Source of the DNA: Acanthaster planci
Taxonomy: Eukaryota
Assembly (NCBI RefSeq): GCF_001949145.1
Contig: NW_019091359.1
Coordinates: 2,890,861 to 2,954,728, forward strand
Reading direction: 5' to 3'
DNA: 63,868 nucleotides
Shown: piece by piece, positions 37,401 to 49,100 of the stretch
Numbering within the stretch: the stretch's first letter is position 1
Layout: each line of letters opens with the position of its first letter
Position numbers and translations under genes: made by a program
The notes under the pieces: generated by a model
What the model was told of the DNA's origin: nothing
The model's database searches: none
Seen by the model: only the letters and a program-made list of their open reading frames with translations

Positions 37401-40251
37401 GTAGGTGCGGAGTGAACTACAATGTGCATGATCTTCTCGCCTTGACCAGCAACATTGTAGATCAAATGAGATCCACATATATCAAGTCAAGTGCCCAAAT
37501 CACTATAGGCCCACCTTGCCCCTTGCAGCCCTACTACTGCAAAGTCAGGGCCGGGGAACCAGAGAAGACGCATGTGATAGATATTGCCAACGGCAAGGCA
37601 CCAGGACCACTGTGGTGCGGTGACCAGCAAGTGGACTGCTATCCAGACGTTGACCAGTGGTTGCTCAGAGCGACCAATATCATGCAGGTAATGTTTGAGC
37701 TTGCAACGAGAATTGATCCAGGAATTTGGGCTGCCAGAAGCCTTGTCTTTATGTACATGTATAACTGCTAAGTGTGTGGCAAACAGTCCTTGGTTGTTAC
37801 AGGGGCTAATCAATCAGAGTGAGGGAAGCTAGTTTGTGGTGTCCTTCCAGGATTTGTGATTTGTACCAGGGTCAAAAAAGGAGATGAGTGAGAAGCTGGC
37901 TGGCTGTTCATCTCTAGCAGAAATCCAAACCATGTTGATGTGCTCTTTTCCTTGTTCTGCTGCCAAAATGTAACTTCATCCCTGAGCTGTGTATGGATGT
38001 TTTTTTGAGGACACTTACTCATTTTGAAATAGATCTTTTTAACGGAAAGGCTAAAAATACACCTCACACGACTCTGACTTTTACAGAACACATCTGCACA
38101 AAAATTGCGTTGTCGGGACACACGTTTGATCAGTTACTTGCATTTATTTCAATGTAAATGATACTGTGCATGTATTCTTCCGTATTTTTGCCTTCAAAAC
38201 AAAAACAAAAATGTTTATGATGCTGCTAGTTGAGGTCATGAAAAGTTTGAACACTATTTCTAAGAAATACTTGAATGATTTGTTAATGAGAAGTTTTGTA
38301 TACAGTATACTACCAGAGGAAATCCCTCTCTTTCATTGATTCCATTCCATAATTTAACAAAAACAAACTGACCCTAAGTTTAACCCCAACCCCCCAAGGG
38401 TTACTGGCCCTAACCTTCCCCATTCACACAAAGATAAACACCCACATGGGACTTTGTGCANNNNNNNNNNNNNNNNNNNNNNNNNNNNNNNNNNNNNNNN
38501 NNNNNNNNNNNNNNNNNNNNNNNNNNNNNNNNNNNNNNNNNNNNNNNNNNNNNNNNNNNNNNNNNNNNGAAACACTTTACTACTGTTTAATTCTGTGTGG
38601 TTGGGGAAGGTTAGGGTTAACATGTAAAATTGCCCGATTTCTGCAATACTTTAGTGATCTGAAACTTGTGTTGAAAACATCCGAGTTCTATTCTGTTTAG
38701 ATTTGTTCTTCTTGTCCATTGATCAGAACTTGAATTTGAATGCTTGTGCGTGGGGGAGAAGGACCGAACACCAAAGGGTTTTGTGTTCATGTGTATACAA
38801 GGAAACCCTAACATGAACATGTACATACATGTTCATGACTTCTTGACATACACAGTCTTAGATGCTCAGGAAAAGACGAAGTTGAAGTTAGGATTTAGGT
38901 ATTTTCTTTTTGTTTACAAACAAGGACATTTGTGTCAGTTGTAATGTGACAAGTCTGCCTCGTTGGAGCCAAAATAGTGGAACCGGCACATTACATATCC
39001 TGACTTTGTTGATGGTTCCAACTTTTGTTTTCCCTGAATTGTGACATCCTATTACATGTAGGTGTGTGTGCACACACTTGTCCTACTTTGTTGTACTTTA
39101 CATGTACATTGGTTGTATTGGGGTTTGCTGTATAAGGAAGTAATGAATGAGCAATCAGTAGGATCCCGTACATGCCCATGTTGAATGCACAAATCAGCAA
39201 TTTGTGGGCACATTCTCAAAAGAGATTTCAGAGGGGTGTTCCCTTATGGCCTAAAAACAAAGGAAGATTTATGCATCCTGTCAGCAACTTCAAGGGTGTG
39301 AAAAGTCTAGTGCCCTTTTTGTCAAAATGAATTTTATGTTGTTTTTTATTGCTGGCTGCTTAGTTCTTGCGTCAAGTCGAAAGCCCATGTGGCACATGTG
39401 TGACTTTCGTGTCTTCTTAGACACACATAATCAAAGAGCATTATATGAGCTGATGAAGGAGCACATCAGCATCTTATATCACCGACAACCCTAATTTTTG
39501 TAACCTGCAATATACATGGAACAGTCTGAACTTTTACATCGTTTTGTTTTTAACGCTTAATATGCTGATTTAACACACTTCCTTTTGTCACACAGTTGTC
39601 TTCATCTCCCAGCAATTGTCCCTCACCGGTCAGTCTATGCACTCACATTAAGAAGTTGCCCCCAGCACTGTTTGTCTGGCTCTGCAATCGACTGAATGCG
39701 CCCCCTGTAGGCAGAGATTGGCAAGGCCTAGCAGGTGAGGCAAAAATACTGTACGGGCATTGCGCATCTGTATGCATTTGCCTTAGGTGTTGTGGACATT
39801 TTGTATGCCTAAGGTGTCAAGTTAGCACAACAAGGTTTCAAGTATTGAGTCATGACATTTGTTAGATGGCCTGGCATTTTGACCTGAGCAGTCTCCTCAC
39901 TGAGGTCAAGAATTAGGAATAAGAACAAATGAAGTGTGAAAAAAATACTTCCAGGTACTTGTAGTTATAGGTATTAATCAATTATTTTTATGAAAACTTC
40001 TTGTTTTAAAATGGAAGTTTCCCTCTTTGCTTGAAAACCTTCCAGGTGTGTTGGGGTACAATCTAGGGGATGTTACTGTGTTTAAGATCCATCGTCAAAG
40101 TGTCTCTGATCCTTGTTACTCTCTTCTCCTGGACTGGGGTCGTCATGCCAACGCCACCCTAGGTGAGCTGGTCCATCTCCTGCGAGAAAAGCCAATGGAG
40201 AGGTTGGATATTCTGACAGACATGATGGAGAAATGGCTGATTGTACAGTGA
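31033..40251 (+). CDS. Uncharacterised Roco-like protein: PDZ + degenerate ROC + COR-like + death domain, 7 coding exons, ~1027 aa
   Basis: join(31033..31437,32551..32670,33537..34875,35203..35794,37405..37687,39596..39734,40046..40251); GT-AG, phases 0,0,1,2,0,1; 3084 nt without internal stop; in-frame TAG upstream at 30991. PDZ: VKLERNGKGSLGF...GECILSVNGQ...VYLIIQR. COR-like: LSFLHHCGDII...VLLD...LMGLI...YLVPFFLP...LDFHGSLPDAFF. Death: LCNRLN...DWQGLAGVLGY...PCYSLLLDW...ATLGELVHLL...MERLDIL. Confidence 0.88.
31660..31947 (+). mobile_element. Foldback/MITE-like element with ~80-bp inverted arms enclosing a tRNA-Thr-like unit
   Basis: Arms ~31691-31773 and ~31867-31948 are near reverse complements (taacgggttttgcccttacccaacgta / tacgttgggtaagggcaaaacccgtta); flanked by direct repeat catatacatgta. 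Confidence 0.85.
31778..31850 (+). pseudogene. tRNA-Thr(AGT)-derived sequence inside the foldback element
   Basis: A box TGGTCAAGTGG, B box GGTTCGAGTCC, T stem gtggg/cccac, loop CTAGTAA with one extra nt, mismatched acceptor stem, T6 run at 31861. Confidence 0.7.
32551..32670 (+). CDS. Roco-like gene exon 2 (PDZ core)
   Basis: ttgcag| GKISSYTLISEVFHDGSSFGIVGVGECILSVNGQPLNSEE |gtacta. Confidence 0.87.
33537..34875 (+). CDS. Roco-like gene exon 3 (PDZ end, degenerate ROC, start of COR)
   Basis: tattag| 1339-nt open exon |gtgagt; contains the 442-aa ORF of the track. Confidence 0.92.
35203..35794 (+). CDS. Roco-like gene exon 4 (COR-like)
   Basis: gtgcag| DFLPC...YLVPFFLP...ITISAR |gttagg. 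Confidence 0.9.
35995..36087. repeat. (TACATG)n hexamer microsatellite
   Basis: Tandem acatgt units with variants; similar arrays at ~17390-17435, ~19780-19925, ~25178-25210. Confidence 0.93.
36533..36692 (-). mobile_element. Second, diverged and truncated copy of the tRNA-containing foldback element
   Basis: Reverse complement reads acatctgcactaataagcaggaggttgtgggttcaagtccaacccaagtaagcttgtga, matching 31801-31859; shares the flank agatgta.tttgcatt.gggagatgttaatt with copy 1. Confidence 0.8.
36682..36947. repeat. 19-bp minisatellite, 14 copies (agtgcaggtgttgctttgc)
   Basis: Direct tandem units counted from 36682 at 19-nt period. Confidence 0.97.
37405..37687 (+). CDS. Roco-like gene exon 5 (Cys/His motif)
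   Basis: atgtag| CGVNY...RATNIMQ |gtaatg. Confidence 0.88.
38461..38568. other. Assembly gap
   Basis: N run, flanked by inverted ccctaaccttcccc / ggggaaggttaggg. Confidence 1.
39596..39734 (+). CDS. Roco-like gene exon 6 (death domain, first half)
   Basis: acacag| LSSSPS...GRDWQGLA |gtgagg. Confidence 0.88.
40046..40251 (+). CDS. Roco-like gene exon 7 (death domain, second half; stop)
   Basis: ttccag| GVLGY...MMEKWLIVQ-stop. Confidence 0.9.
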
Positions 40252-43200
40252 GGAGATTCCTCGCAGGAAGCCTGGAGATAAGAAATCTTTCCTTTAATGG
40301 CTTATGACGCAAATGATGATTTCTCAATTCAGTGGTCCAGATGTGGAGGAAATTTCCATTGCAGAACACGGTGGGAACTTAGTGGCCCGTTTTGTAGACT
40401 GTGGATTCGCCAGTGAGAAACTTAAGAGATGGGAACATTTGCCTTGAAGGACACCGTAGAAAAAGGAGCAGAAATCTTGATACCTCCTGTATCAGAACAG
40501 ATGTGAACATCCACTTTGGAAGCCAGGAACAGTTCTGCTCCACACCTTCAGAGCCTTTTCCTTGGGGAAAAATCCAAGATACTTGGACAACCTAGAAGAG
40601 CAGGATGTGGGATAAACCTGTATGGATTTCCATGCAGTACAAATCCAGTGTTTCTTACTGTTAGAGTAACCAGTAATTTCCCTGCTGGCCAGGTAGAACT
40701 TTTGAGTACTGTGTACTGATTACATGTACCACTATGCTTATTGATGGAAGATTGTTTACTAACTTTGTTTCGTGGAGTCCTCTATCGTCTTCTTGAATAC
40801 CAACATTGAATGCTGTAACTAATTGATTGATCGCTTATCTTGGATTTTCAATGCAAGTCCCAAATAACAGGTAGCTACATGTAAAGTGATAAACCAAGCA
40901 AGATGATCTGTAGGCAAATCAAGTTGGCTATATTAGTTATGCATACAGTGGCAGGTGCAAGAGTGTTTGGGTGCCTCTGTGGTTTTTTCTTATGCAAATT
41001 TCATAATTCATGCGCAAAAAATTGTTGATGTCATTCTATATGTAAGCAGAAACCTCAATGTTGCTGCTATTTCTACACAGAAAGTTTTTATAGTTTTATA
41101 TTTTGTTTCTGGTGAGTTATGTGTGTGTAAGAACATGGCGTTGAGCTGGTCTCGCAGTCTTTTCAGTTACCAAAGTTTGGGTTCAAAATTGGAACAAAAA
41201 ATCCCTCAGCATAACAATATTTTCCCCAAATGACATCACAGCAGCAGCACATGCAGTTGTCAGGAAAAGCATGGAAAGTCTGAAATGTTTGAAAAGGAAA
41301 AAGCACTTTCCAAAACAGTTTCCGGAAAAGGGGATGTTAGTTTATCTGTTCATTCAAGAGAGGTGGAAAGTTGCAGAAAATGTGTTTCAGAAAAATCCAG
41401 TTAATTTTCATACACATCCCCAAGGGGTAAGGGTGTACTTCCAAGCCAAATCTACAGCATACAGTTGGTTACTTTCCAAACTGGAGTAAATATTTTCATG
41501 TGAAATGCGACAAGTTTATCTCTTTAGTCATTAGGTTTATACCTTGCTGTTTGGACATTGGGACAATATCGGTATACATGTAATGCTTGCGTGTGATGTT
41601 GTTATTCAAATGCTTATTGTTGATTGCTTTTGTACTGATTTTCTATGTACAAAAAAGCTGAGTGCATATAGTATACCATAAATGTGCTTATCTTACACAA
41701 GTTTCATGTAATTGCTTGTTGTTGCATCCTTGTAGAGACATAAGCATGTCTCTAGAAGGGAAAAAAGTGGTCATTGGTTGAGTGGACAACTTCTGTGGTG
41801 TGTTTTGCAGCTAGTCTAAAAGACAGAGAATCAATTTGCAAAAGGGCATTTTGAAGACATCTGGGTATGGGGCATTATCAGAGGTTGCAGTAATTCTGTA
41901 AAGATCACACTAATAAAATCCTGTTTCATGGATTTCCTTGTTTTGTGTATTACCTAGAAAGAAATTCAGAAGAAAAGAAAATATGGCTAATGTTTCCATA
42001 AAATGTAATCATATCAAGCAAGGCTCCCTGCTGGTGGACACGAGATAGATGCACTGTGACAAACCTGTGCAAGGATTTCTACTTTTTTCAATTCAGTTCA
42101 TATTTCAACAGGAAAAGTCTTTGTAAATGTACATATACTTTTGATACTGTTTCTTTCCACTAATTAAAAAAAAACAGGCATAGAAACATCAGAATCATTT
42201 TTCCTTTAAGTGTACTTCAGACAGACTTCCACTTCTGGTATTTTTTCCTTCTGAGGGGGGAGTAGTGTTGTTGTTCTGTATACCATGCAAATTGAAATTT
42301 TGATTGTAAAAGAAAAATTATCCTTTTTAATTTTGAAATTTTGTAAAGTTCCACAAGAAATTCCATGCACGACTAAAGGCAATTGACAATGAAAATGATC
42401 AATCAACCGGTGTCATTTTCTCACAAAATGAAGTTTTAGCTATTTATATGAGCATGCGATAGCTAAATAACTTTTGGTAAGAAAATAGTGTTTGTTACAT
42501 TTGACATGGTCTTTTCAGCATGGACTTTGTTATCTCAGTAGAGTTGACAACGTACATGTATAGAAACCATGGAAAATGCCACATGGAATGATGTGAACAA
42601 GTTACTCGTACCCTGACTCAAGCAAGAAAGTGTATCAGTCTGGAAAAACCCAGCTCCCATATTTCAATTTTTTTTCCAGTGAAAGAGCTTTTAAAAAATT
42701 CATGTGGAGTTGGATAGGAGGAAGTAGACATTTCTGGTTGAACGGGAAGTTGTGTGCCAGGATTTCAATGTTAGTGGCTCCGCAGGGGATACTTATTTAG
42801 GTCACAGGTCAGAGGTCAGTACTTATAACCTTTTCCAAGGACATGTACTATTCATGATCAAATGCTAACAAAAGCAGGTTTAGGTGAAGCCAACCAGATC
42901 CGGTAATGAAGTGAAACCAGATTTGGATCTCAAGTGACTGGTACCTACATATGCACAGATGTTCATTAAATCAGCTTATCACTCTGACTCATGGCAAGTT
43001 GCCAGCTTCAGCTGAACCACCCAGCATTTACAAAAATCTTCACTTAGAATGCTTTGAGGTGCTGGGATCTCATAAATGATGTAAAATCAGTGTTATTTCA
43101 CAGCTTTTCAGTTTTCCAGACGATGATTGTACAGTCACACAATGTAGAAAGTTGAGGCTAACTCTTGTAGTTTCCCTTCAAACCAAGCACCACAGGTGAT

Positions 43201-45238
43201 ACCAAAAATTGCATCCATATACAGTATGTGTAGCCATGGTTACTCTGCATCATTAATGGAAAAACCAATGACTTGTGGCTGGAGTACCTCACGGACATAG
43301 CCACAGCTATTGTCCTGTTCAAACATTCCAACAGGACATTTCAATTGTGAGGCAATGTATCAAGAGCCTTAGTGTATCTAAATATAGATTTATTGAGGTA
43401 CAATTTTTTTGTTGTTTTGTAATCATGTTGAGAGTGACAGTCTTGACAATGCAGTCCTGAGAATACGGTCATACGGTATGCCTATTTATATCTTTTGTGG
43501 AGGAATTTCTACATTAATTTGGTTGTATCACAAGTGCCTCGATTTGCTCATGTTCACTTTGGCACTTTGACCCCCAAGTTATGGTAAGCCCAAACTCCTT
43601 ATGCAAATTTTTCTCACAAGAAACTTTCCTGATTCCTCTGAAATACAGCCCAATGTAAAGTAACACAATGACTGAGCTCTTCCTCCATCTTCCAGAAACC
43701 CTTCCAAACCATTTTGAAGGATTTGGGAAGGTTAGGAATCACTTATGTGACAAACTCGTCAAGTCTTCCTAACGTTCCTAACTGTAATGTAATATTCAAA
43801 AATTCACCAGAACCTCTTCTGACTTGTTGCACCTGTTCTATCCAATACCATTTATTTGTAATCTTCAAGTGCCTACAACACCTAGAAAAATTCCCTCTAC
43901 CTCGTACAGTTTATACTCATCCCCAACAGTTTTTAAATCAAGCGATACCTAATTTATATTTGTAACATAGAAAAGAATTATTCTTAATGATACAAGTGAA
44001 TAGTAAAACCAATTAAATTGAGATGATTTTGTAGAATAACATATTTACAACTACAGCATGTTGCTGCTGTAATGGCTTGTTGTACAAGGCCACTTTCTCC
44101 AAGGTCAGAACTGAATATTTACACAAATAATGTTTTATTTAAACATGCAAGTGTTATTGGCACTGCCTTTATAAATATTACTGTGTAATGTGTATACTTA
44201 GTAGGAAGGAAAGAACACTTAGCACTTCATATTTCAAAATGTACAAATAAATTGATCCCAAAATGGATTTCAGTCATCCCATTTCACTCCGTGGGTAAAA
44301 AGGAAGTTCTTATCAAAAATTTTAATATGGACACTTTAATGCATACACGTATCATTGTAGATAATAAAAAAATGATTGTCGAGACAAAAGTGATGCTGTG
44401 AAAAGGTGTTTATTTTGAATTAAAACAGGAATGTCAACATTTATGGCCCTATATTAAAATGGAGTCGTATTTTAATTGACAGAAAAGGGTTGGCCAACAC
44501 CTCTAGTACTTTTTGTAGAAATCAATTCGTTTATGCATGTACATTAAACCTACAAGTAATAAATGCATCTATGGTGGCAATTTACTTAAACTACATGGAA
44601 GTCACATTCTGGAACAATAATCAGCATAGCATCCTACCAGTTCAAGGAGCTAAATATTTTACTACAAATTTTGTGGCGAGCTTTAAAAAAATTAGTCATT
44701 CTGGGAGGTTTTTTTGTTCGACATGTAGTCCTACAAGTGAAAATTGAATGTCTTGAATAAATACACATGAATATCAGGAAACCTATGATGATTAAAAATA
44801 CTCCCTAGAGATAATAAAAATCAACTTTCAAAATGTAGCATCCCACTTAAATGCATATTTTCCTAACTTTCCTTCTCAATTATCAATGACCAGATGGAAC
44901 TTTGGTAATCTTCCAAACCTACTCAATGGGCACAAAACCAGAATTCTTCACATCCATCACACAAAACTTCAGGAAGCAGCAAGTCCCCTGTGAAAACAAA
45001 TACAGCTAGACTCTATCTTCCTCAATCCTACAAAATCTTCCTAAACCTGGTAGATTTGAAAGGATCACAGAAGTTGAGGCTTAAGTTCTAAATAATCGCT
45101 CATCTGAAAGTTACAAACTTTACAACTACTGTTTTATGAGAAGTCTGTATTACTACAGAGGTTGTTCATCCAAAAACACCATGATCTATATTTTTCTTTT
45201 CACTTAACCACTTTCATGAGAAATTTCACTGAAACCAC

Positions 45239-46135
45239 TTACAGCAGTGTAACATCAGGATCATTTTCCACCATCAAGTCGTACGCCGATCGGTGCATTG
45301 CTGAACCGTCGCCCGATGCGGCCCCAAGCGAGTTGAGACTCGTCCTGTCTTCATTCAGACTCTCCATGCTGGTGCTTCGCAGGCTACTGCCCGTCCGGCT
45401 ACCAGACTCGCTGTTCCTTCTCAACATCTTCTTGAAGAACTTGGACACTGGCGAGGTCTGGGCCACGGGAATGTTGGGGCAGAGTGGAGGCTTGGATCTC
45501 TTGCCAGTCAACTCCTGATGGACCTGGGAGTTGACCAGTGGTTTCATGATGGGTAACTGCTTGGACGGTGTAGACGGCCTGTAATTAGCCAGACGAATCT
45601 CCTGCTCAATGTTATTGTACGGTGAGCTTAAGATGTTCAGGTTGTCTCTGATGTACCTGTTCATTTGGGGTGTGTTCAGTCCATTGGTGGCATTTCTGTC
45701 AGGTTTGGGACTACCAACTGGTGTTCTATATTCCTCGGCGTTGTCATTCACGTGGAATATGTCCTTGACATGGTCCTTGGTAGAGGTGTGGGTGCGCTTT
45801 CCTGAGATGTTATTCATGATCTTGCTGTCATCCTGACCAGCTTTGTCCACTTGATTGGCCATGTTGAGGCGGATGGTTCCCATATCAAACTTAGACCCTT
45901 CCCTTGGTGTGTTCTCTGTGCTTGAGCCACCAGAGCTGTCCAGATCTCTGGTGTCGTTGAGGATCCTGACAAACCTACCAGAAGGATCAGGGGAGATGCC
46001 TCTGAGATCACCATCAGGGGTAGGCAGGCGGTTGTGTAGTGTACATCCCTGGTTCTTCCTGTTAACTATCAGGGCTGGATGATTGTCAGGGGGTAGAGGG
46101 GTTGAGGTGGACACAGGTGGAGTGGCCTGTAATTC
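45239..46135 (-). CDS. Whirlin-like gene exon 9 (terminal, low-complexity tail)
   Basis: ctttag| ELQATPPV...ENDPDVTLL-stop; contains the 291-aa ORF of the track. Confidence 0.85.
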   Translation of the reverse strand, partial: ELQATPPVSTSTPLPPDNHPALIVNRKNQGCTLHNRLPTPDGDLRGISPDPSGRFVRILNDTRDLDSSGGSSTENTPREGSKFDMGTIRLNMANQVDKAGQDDSKIMNNISGKRTHTSTKDHVKDIFHVNDNAEEYRTPVGSPKPDRNATNGLNTPQMNRYIRDNLNILSSPYNNIEQEIRLANYRPSTPSKQLPIMKPLVNSQVHQELTGKRSKPPLCPNIPVAQTSPVSKFFKKMLRRNSESGSRTGSSLRSTSMESLNEDRTSLNSLGAASGDGSAMHRSAYDLMVENDPDVTLL

Positions 46136-49100
46136 CTAAAGAAACAAAAATGGTTAGGGATACTTGTTTGTAAAGAAAATTATTATAGCCAACCTTTTTT
46201 TGGGGGGGGGAATGCTCGGCCCTAATTTCAAAGAGCATATTGTGAAGTGATGGAAAAAGCATAAATTGCTTTTTAGAATCTGGAAAGCTAAGGTTTATGA
46301 GTACAATCAGAACAATGTACGTGCATGTACCGTAAGCCACTTCACTATGATACCAACAGTGTGTGGACCCTTTGGGTACATTTTCACTGACACTGACTGT
46401 GCATACAGGTATCCTAGACTGCATCATAGGCTGTTAAGCTGTCAGGACGCCTGGTCCTGAAAGTTCTGCTGATGGAAACTGGTCTCCAGTTAATGACAAA
46501 TATTCCAATGAAACTGTTTTGTTGGTGTGGTGAAGTTCGCTCTCACTTTTGCTTGAAGTGTGAACAGACCCTGAACCGTTCAATTAGACTGCAGAGAACA
46601 TACTAAACTCTAGCAAGCCGGCCTTGATGGATTCAACAAGCTTGTCACAGTATACTTCTTGGGGGGGGGCTGTTGCTAGATTCAGAAGAGCAAAAAGCCA
46701 ATCAATCATTGAAGTGTTTGGTCATGTCGTCTTACCAGCTCAAACTCAGCAAAGTTAGCAGCTAGTCTTCCTGTTTGCTTGGGAGACTGTGTGAGAGATG
46801 GATGGCTAGGAGGTTTGCTCTCCTCTGGAATGAAGAATAACACAAAGTGAATATACCTTTCTTTCCTTGAAGATGTCATTTAATTCCTACCTACATGGTT
46901 TCACAAGATTAGCGTGCAGCCGTATTATATCGCTCATCTCTGGAGCGCTTTTGTTCCCGGTGCTCGCACTGAATGACACAAACAGTGGTATAATCTTTCA
47001 AACCCATGACGGATTTCCTCCTCTATTGACAATTCCCAGCAGCTCGGTCTTTTGTTCTGAGTACGGTCTTTTGTTACACGGCCCAAGCTCTTTTGTCCAA
47101 TTTCGGGAACCCAAGCTATGCGTACAAAACCCAAAGTACCTGAAAATGGGCTCCACAGCGGGAAGTGGTTAAGGATTTCTGGCCTCGGTATGTATAAACT
47201 TCATCACTGCCGCCACCCCCTGAAAATGCAACCTTCAAAACAGCCATCCCCATACCTTGGAAAATCTACTGTACTCATATTATTATTCCTGTGCACCCTT
47301 GCTGTGTTTGCTAAATATCATGCTTAGAAGAACCATCTTGATGAAGGATTTCACGTCCATCCTTACCTGGTCTCGGACTGACGAGGGCTGCGTCTGCAGT
47401 CTGGCTACGTCTATGTTTCACCTTACCCTTCTGGCTCTCGGAAGATTTCTTGGGACCTGAATGAAACATGACAAGTGATGAAACCTGATTGCCAAAATGA
47501 CAGTTTTTTGCCTTTGATGCTTCAGGAATCATCACTTTCTAACCTGTCCTAAATCAAGTTCTTCTTGGGAGTATGAGTTTACGATTGGATATCTCCATCA
47601 ATTAACCTATTTCGGCCACACTTTTCAAAAGGTATGACAGGTTTGCAAAGCTCATTCATTTTCTAGATGAGGCATTTTTCACCCTTGAAGTGAATAAGCC
47701 ATAAACACTTCAGATTTTTTAGCAACTAAATATTAAACTTGTTAGCCGCATTTGGCTGTGACTGGCATTTCATTTTCTTGCTATTTTTGCCTGCTGTCCA
47801 ACAAAGTTCCTGTAGTTTGTCTGGCGTAAGAGATATTTTCATATTAAAATATCTGTAGTCTGATAGCCTGAAAAAGACAACTCACCTGGTTTGACATGAA
47901 GCACTACTACATTGGAAGCTGTGACCAGGCTAACAATCTGTTCATGAGTTAAACCTTCAACACTGACTCCATTCACCTGCAATCAAACATGTTACAGTTA
48001 GTCACTAATAGCAAGAATGTCATTGATTTGCTAATGTAAGAATGTGTGAACGTTACATTTGTGTCAATTTTAAAATACGAGGATTTTCAACGATGAGTAC
48101 ACCGAAAGTTTTGTTGCCAAAGGGTATAAAATCACACAAATGTAATAGAAAAGTGAACATTGCCTTGGCCATTTTGTTGTTGAATTGGTAACACTTTAGT
48201 CAGCCTATAAGTGTTCAAGGTGGTTTTTCCAAGTTTTGAGTTGGGCTGAGCAGACGTCGAGCAACAAAACAGGAATTTTTCATCAAAATGGCAGCCCATT
48301 TTTTCAAATGGAGAGGAATCTTCACTTCATCCCCAAAGACAAGTTGAAGTACCACTTCTAATGTGATGGTGCTTTCAAATCCTTCAAAATGGCGATATAT
48401 CTCAAGGGGAGACTTCTCTCTCTCCCAACCCCCCCCACAGATATCCCCGCCCCTTCCTAGATACACCTCTGAGTGTTCAGTGCAAATAATGGGACTACTC
48501 CTAAATGACTGTCTTCTCTCCGTAAGGCCTGTTGGACTGAGTTGAAAACTGCGCTCATGAACTCAAGGCAGTGTACTACACTACTGCAATCTTTCTTGGA
48601 GCCAAAATAAAAACACAACAAAAGCCATCTCAGTACAACTGACATTACAATTCTTAATAAAGATGGCTATTCAGCGTTGAATCATTTGCACACTCATTTA
48701 ACTCCAAGTGGTGATTCCTCCGAGTATAATTCTTTCCGTTTCAAGCAATGGGACTATCTTCTTTCAACTCAAGACAAATAATCTCCAGGTCATTTGAGCC
48801 TACCTTAGTGATGTACAGTCCCTTCTTCAACCCAGCCCTATAAGCAGGAGACATGGGGTCTACATTGGCTACCGTCACATCCAGTTCATAGTCCACACCA
48901 CTGTATGGTTCAAAAACAATCAATCAGTGAACAATAAAGTGGGTGTTAAGAGCACAAGTAACAATTGATTGAGGCTGTCTGCTACGTCAGAAAAGAAGAG
49001 TCAAAGAAACTTCCGATAATATTTGTGAAATTTTTACTATTTGGACTTTTCCACCTGGCTGTTTCAGATCCCTTAAATCCTATATCTATTAGTGTGTTTC

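Noticed and set aside
31033..40251. Naming the gene DAPK1, LRRK or MyD88
   Set aside because: No kinase, ankyrin, LRR or TIR exons were found, so orthology cannot be claimed.
40251..45239. Functional link between the two convergent PDZ genes (TLL tail binding the Roco-like PDZ)
   Set aside because: Adjacency alone is weak evidence in animals, and the Roco-like PDZ lacks the alphaB His typical of class I binders.
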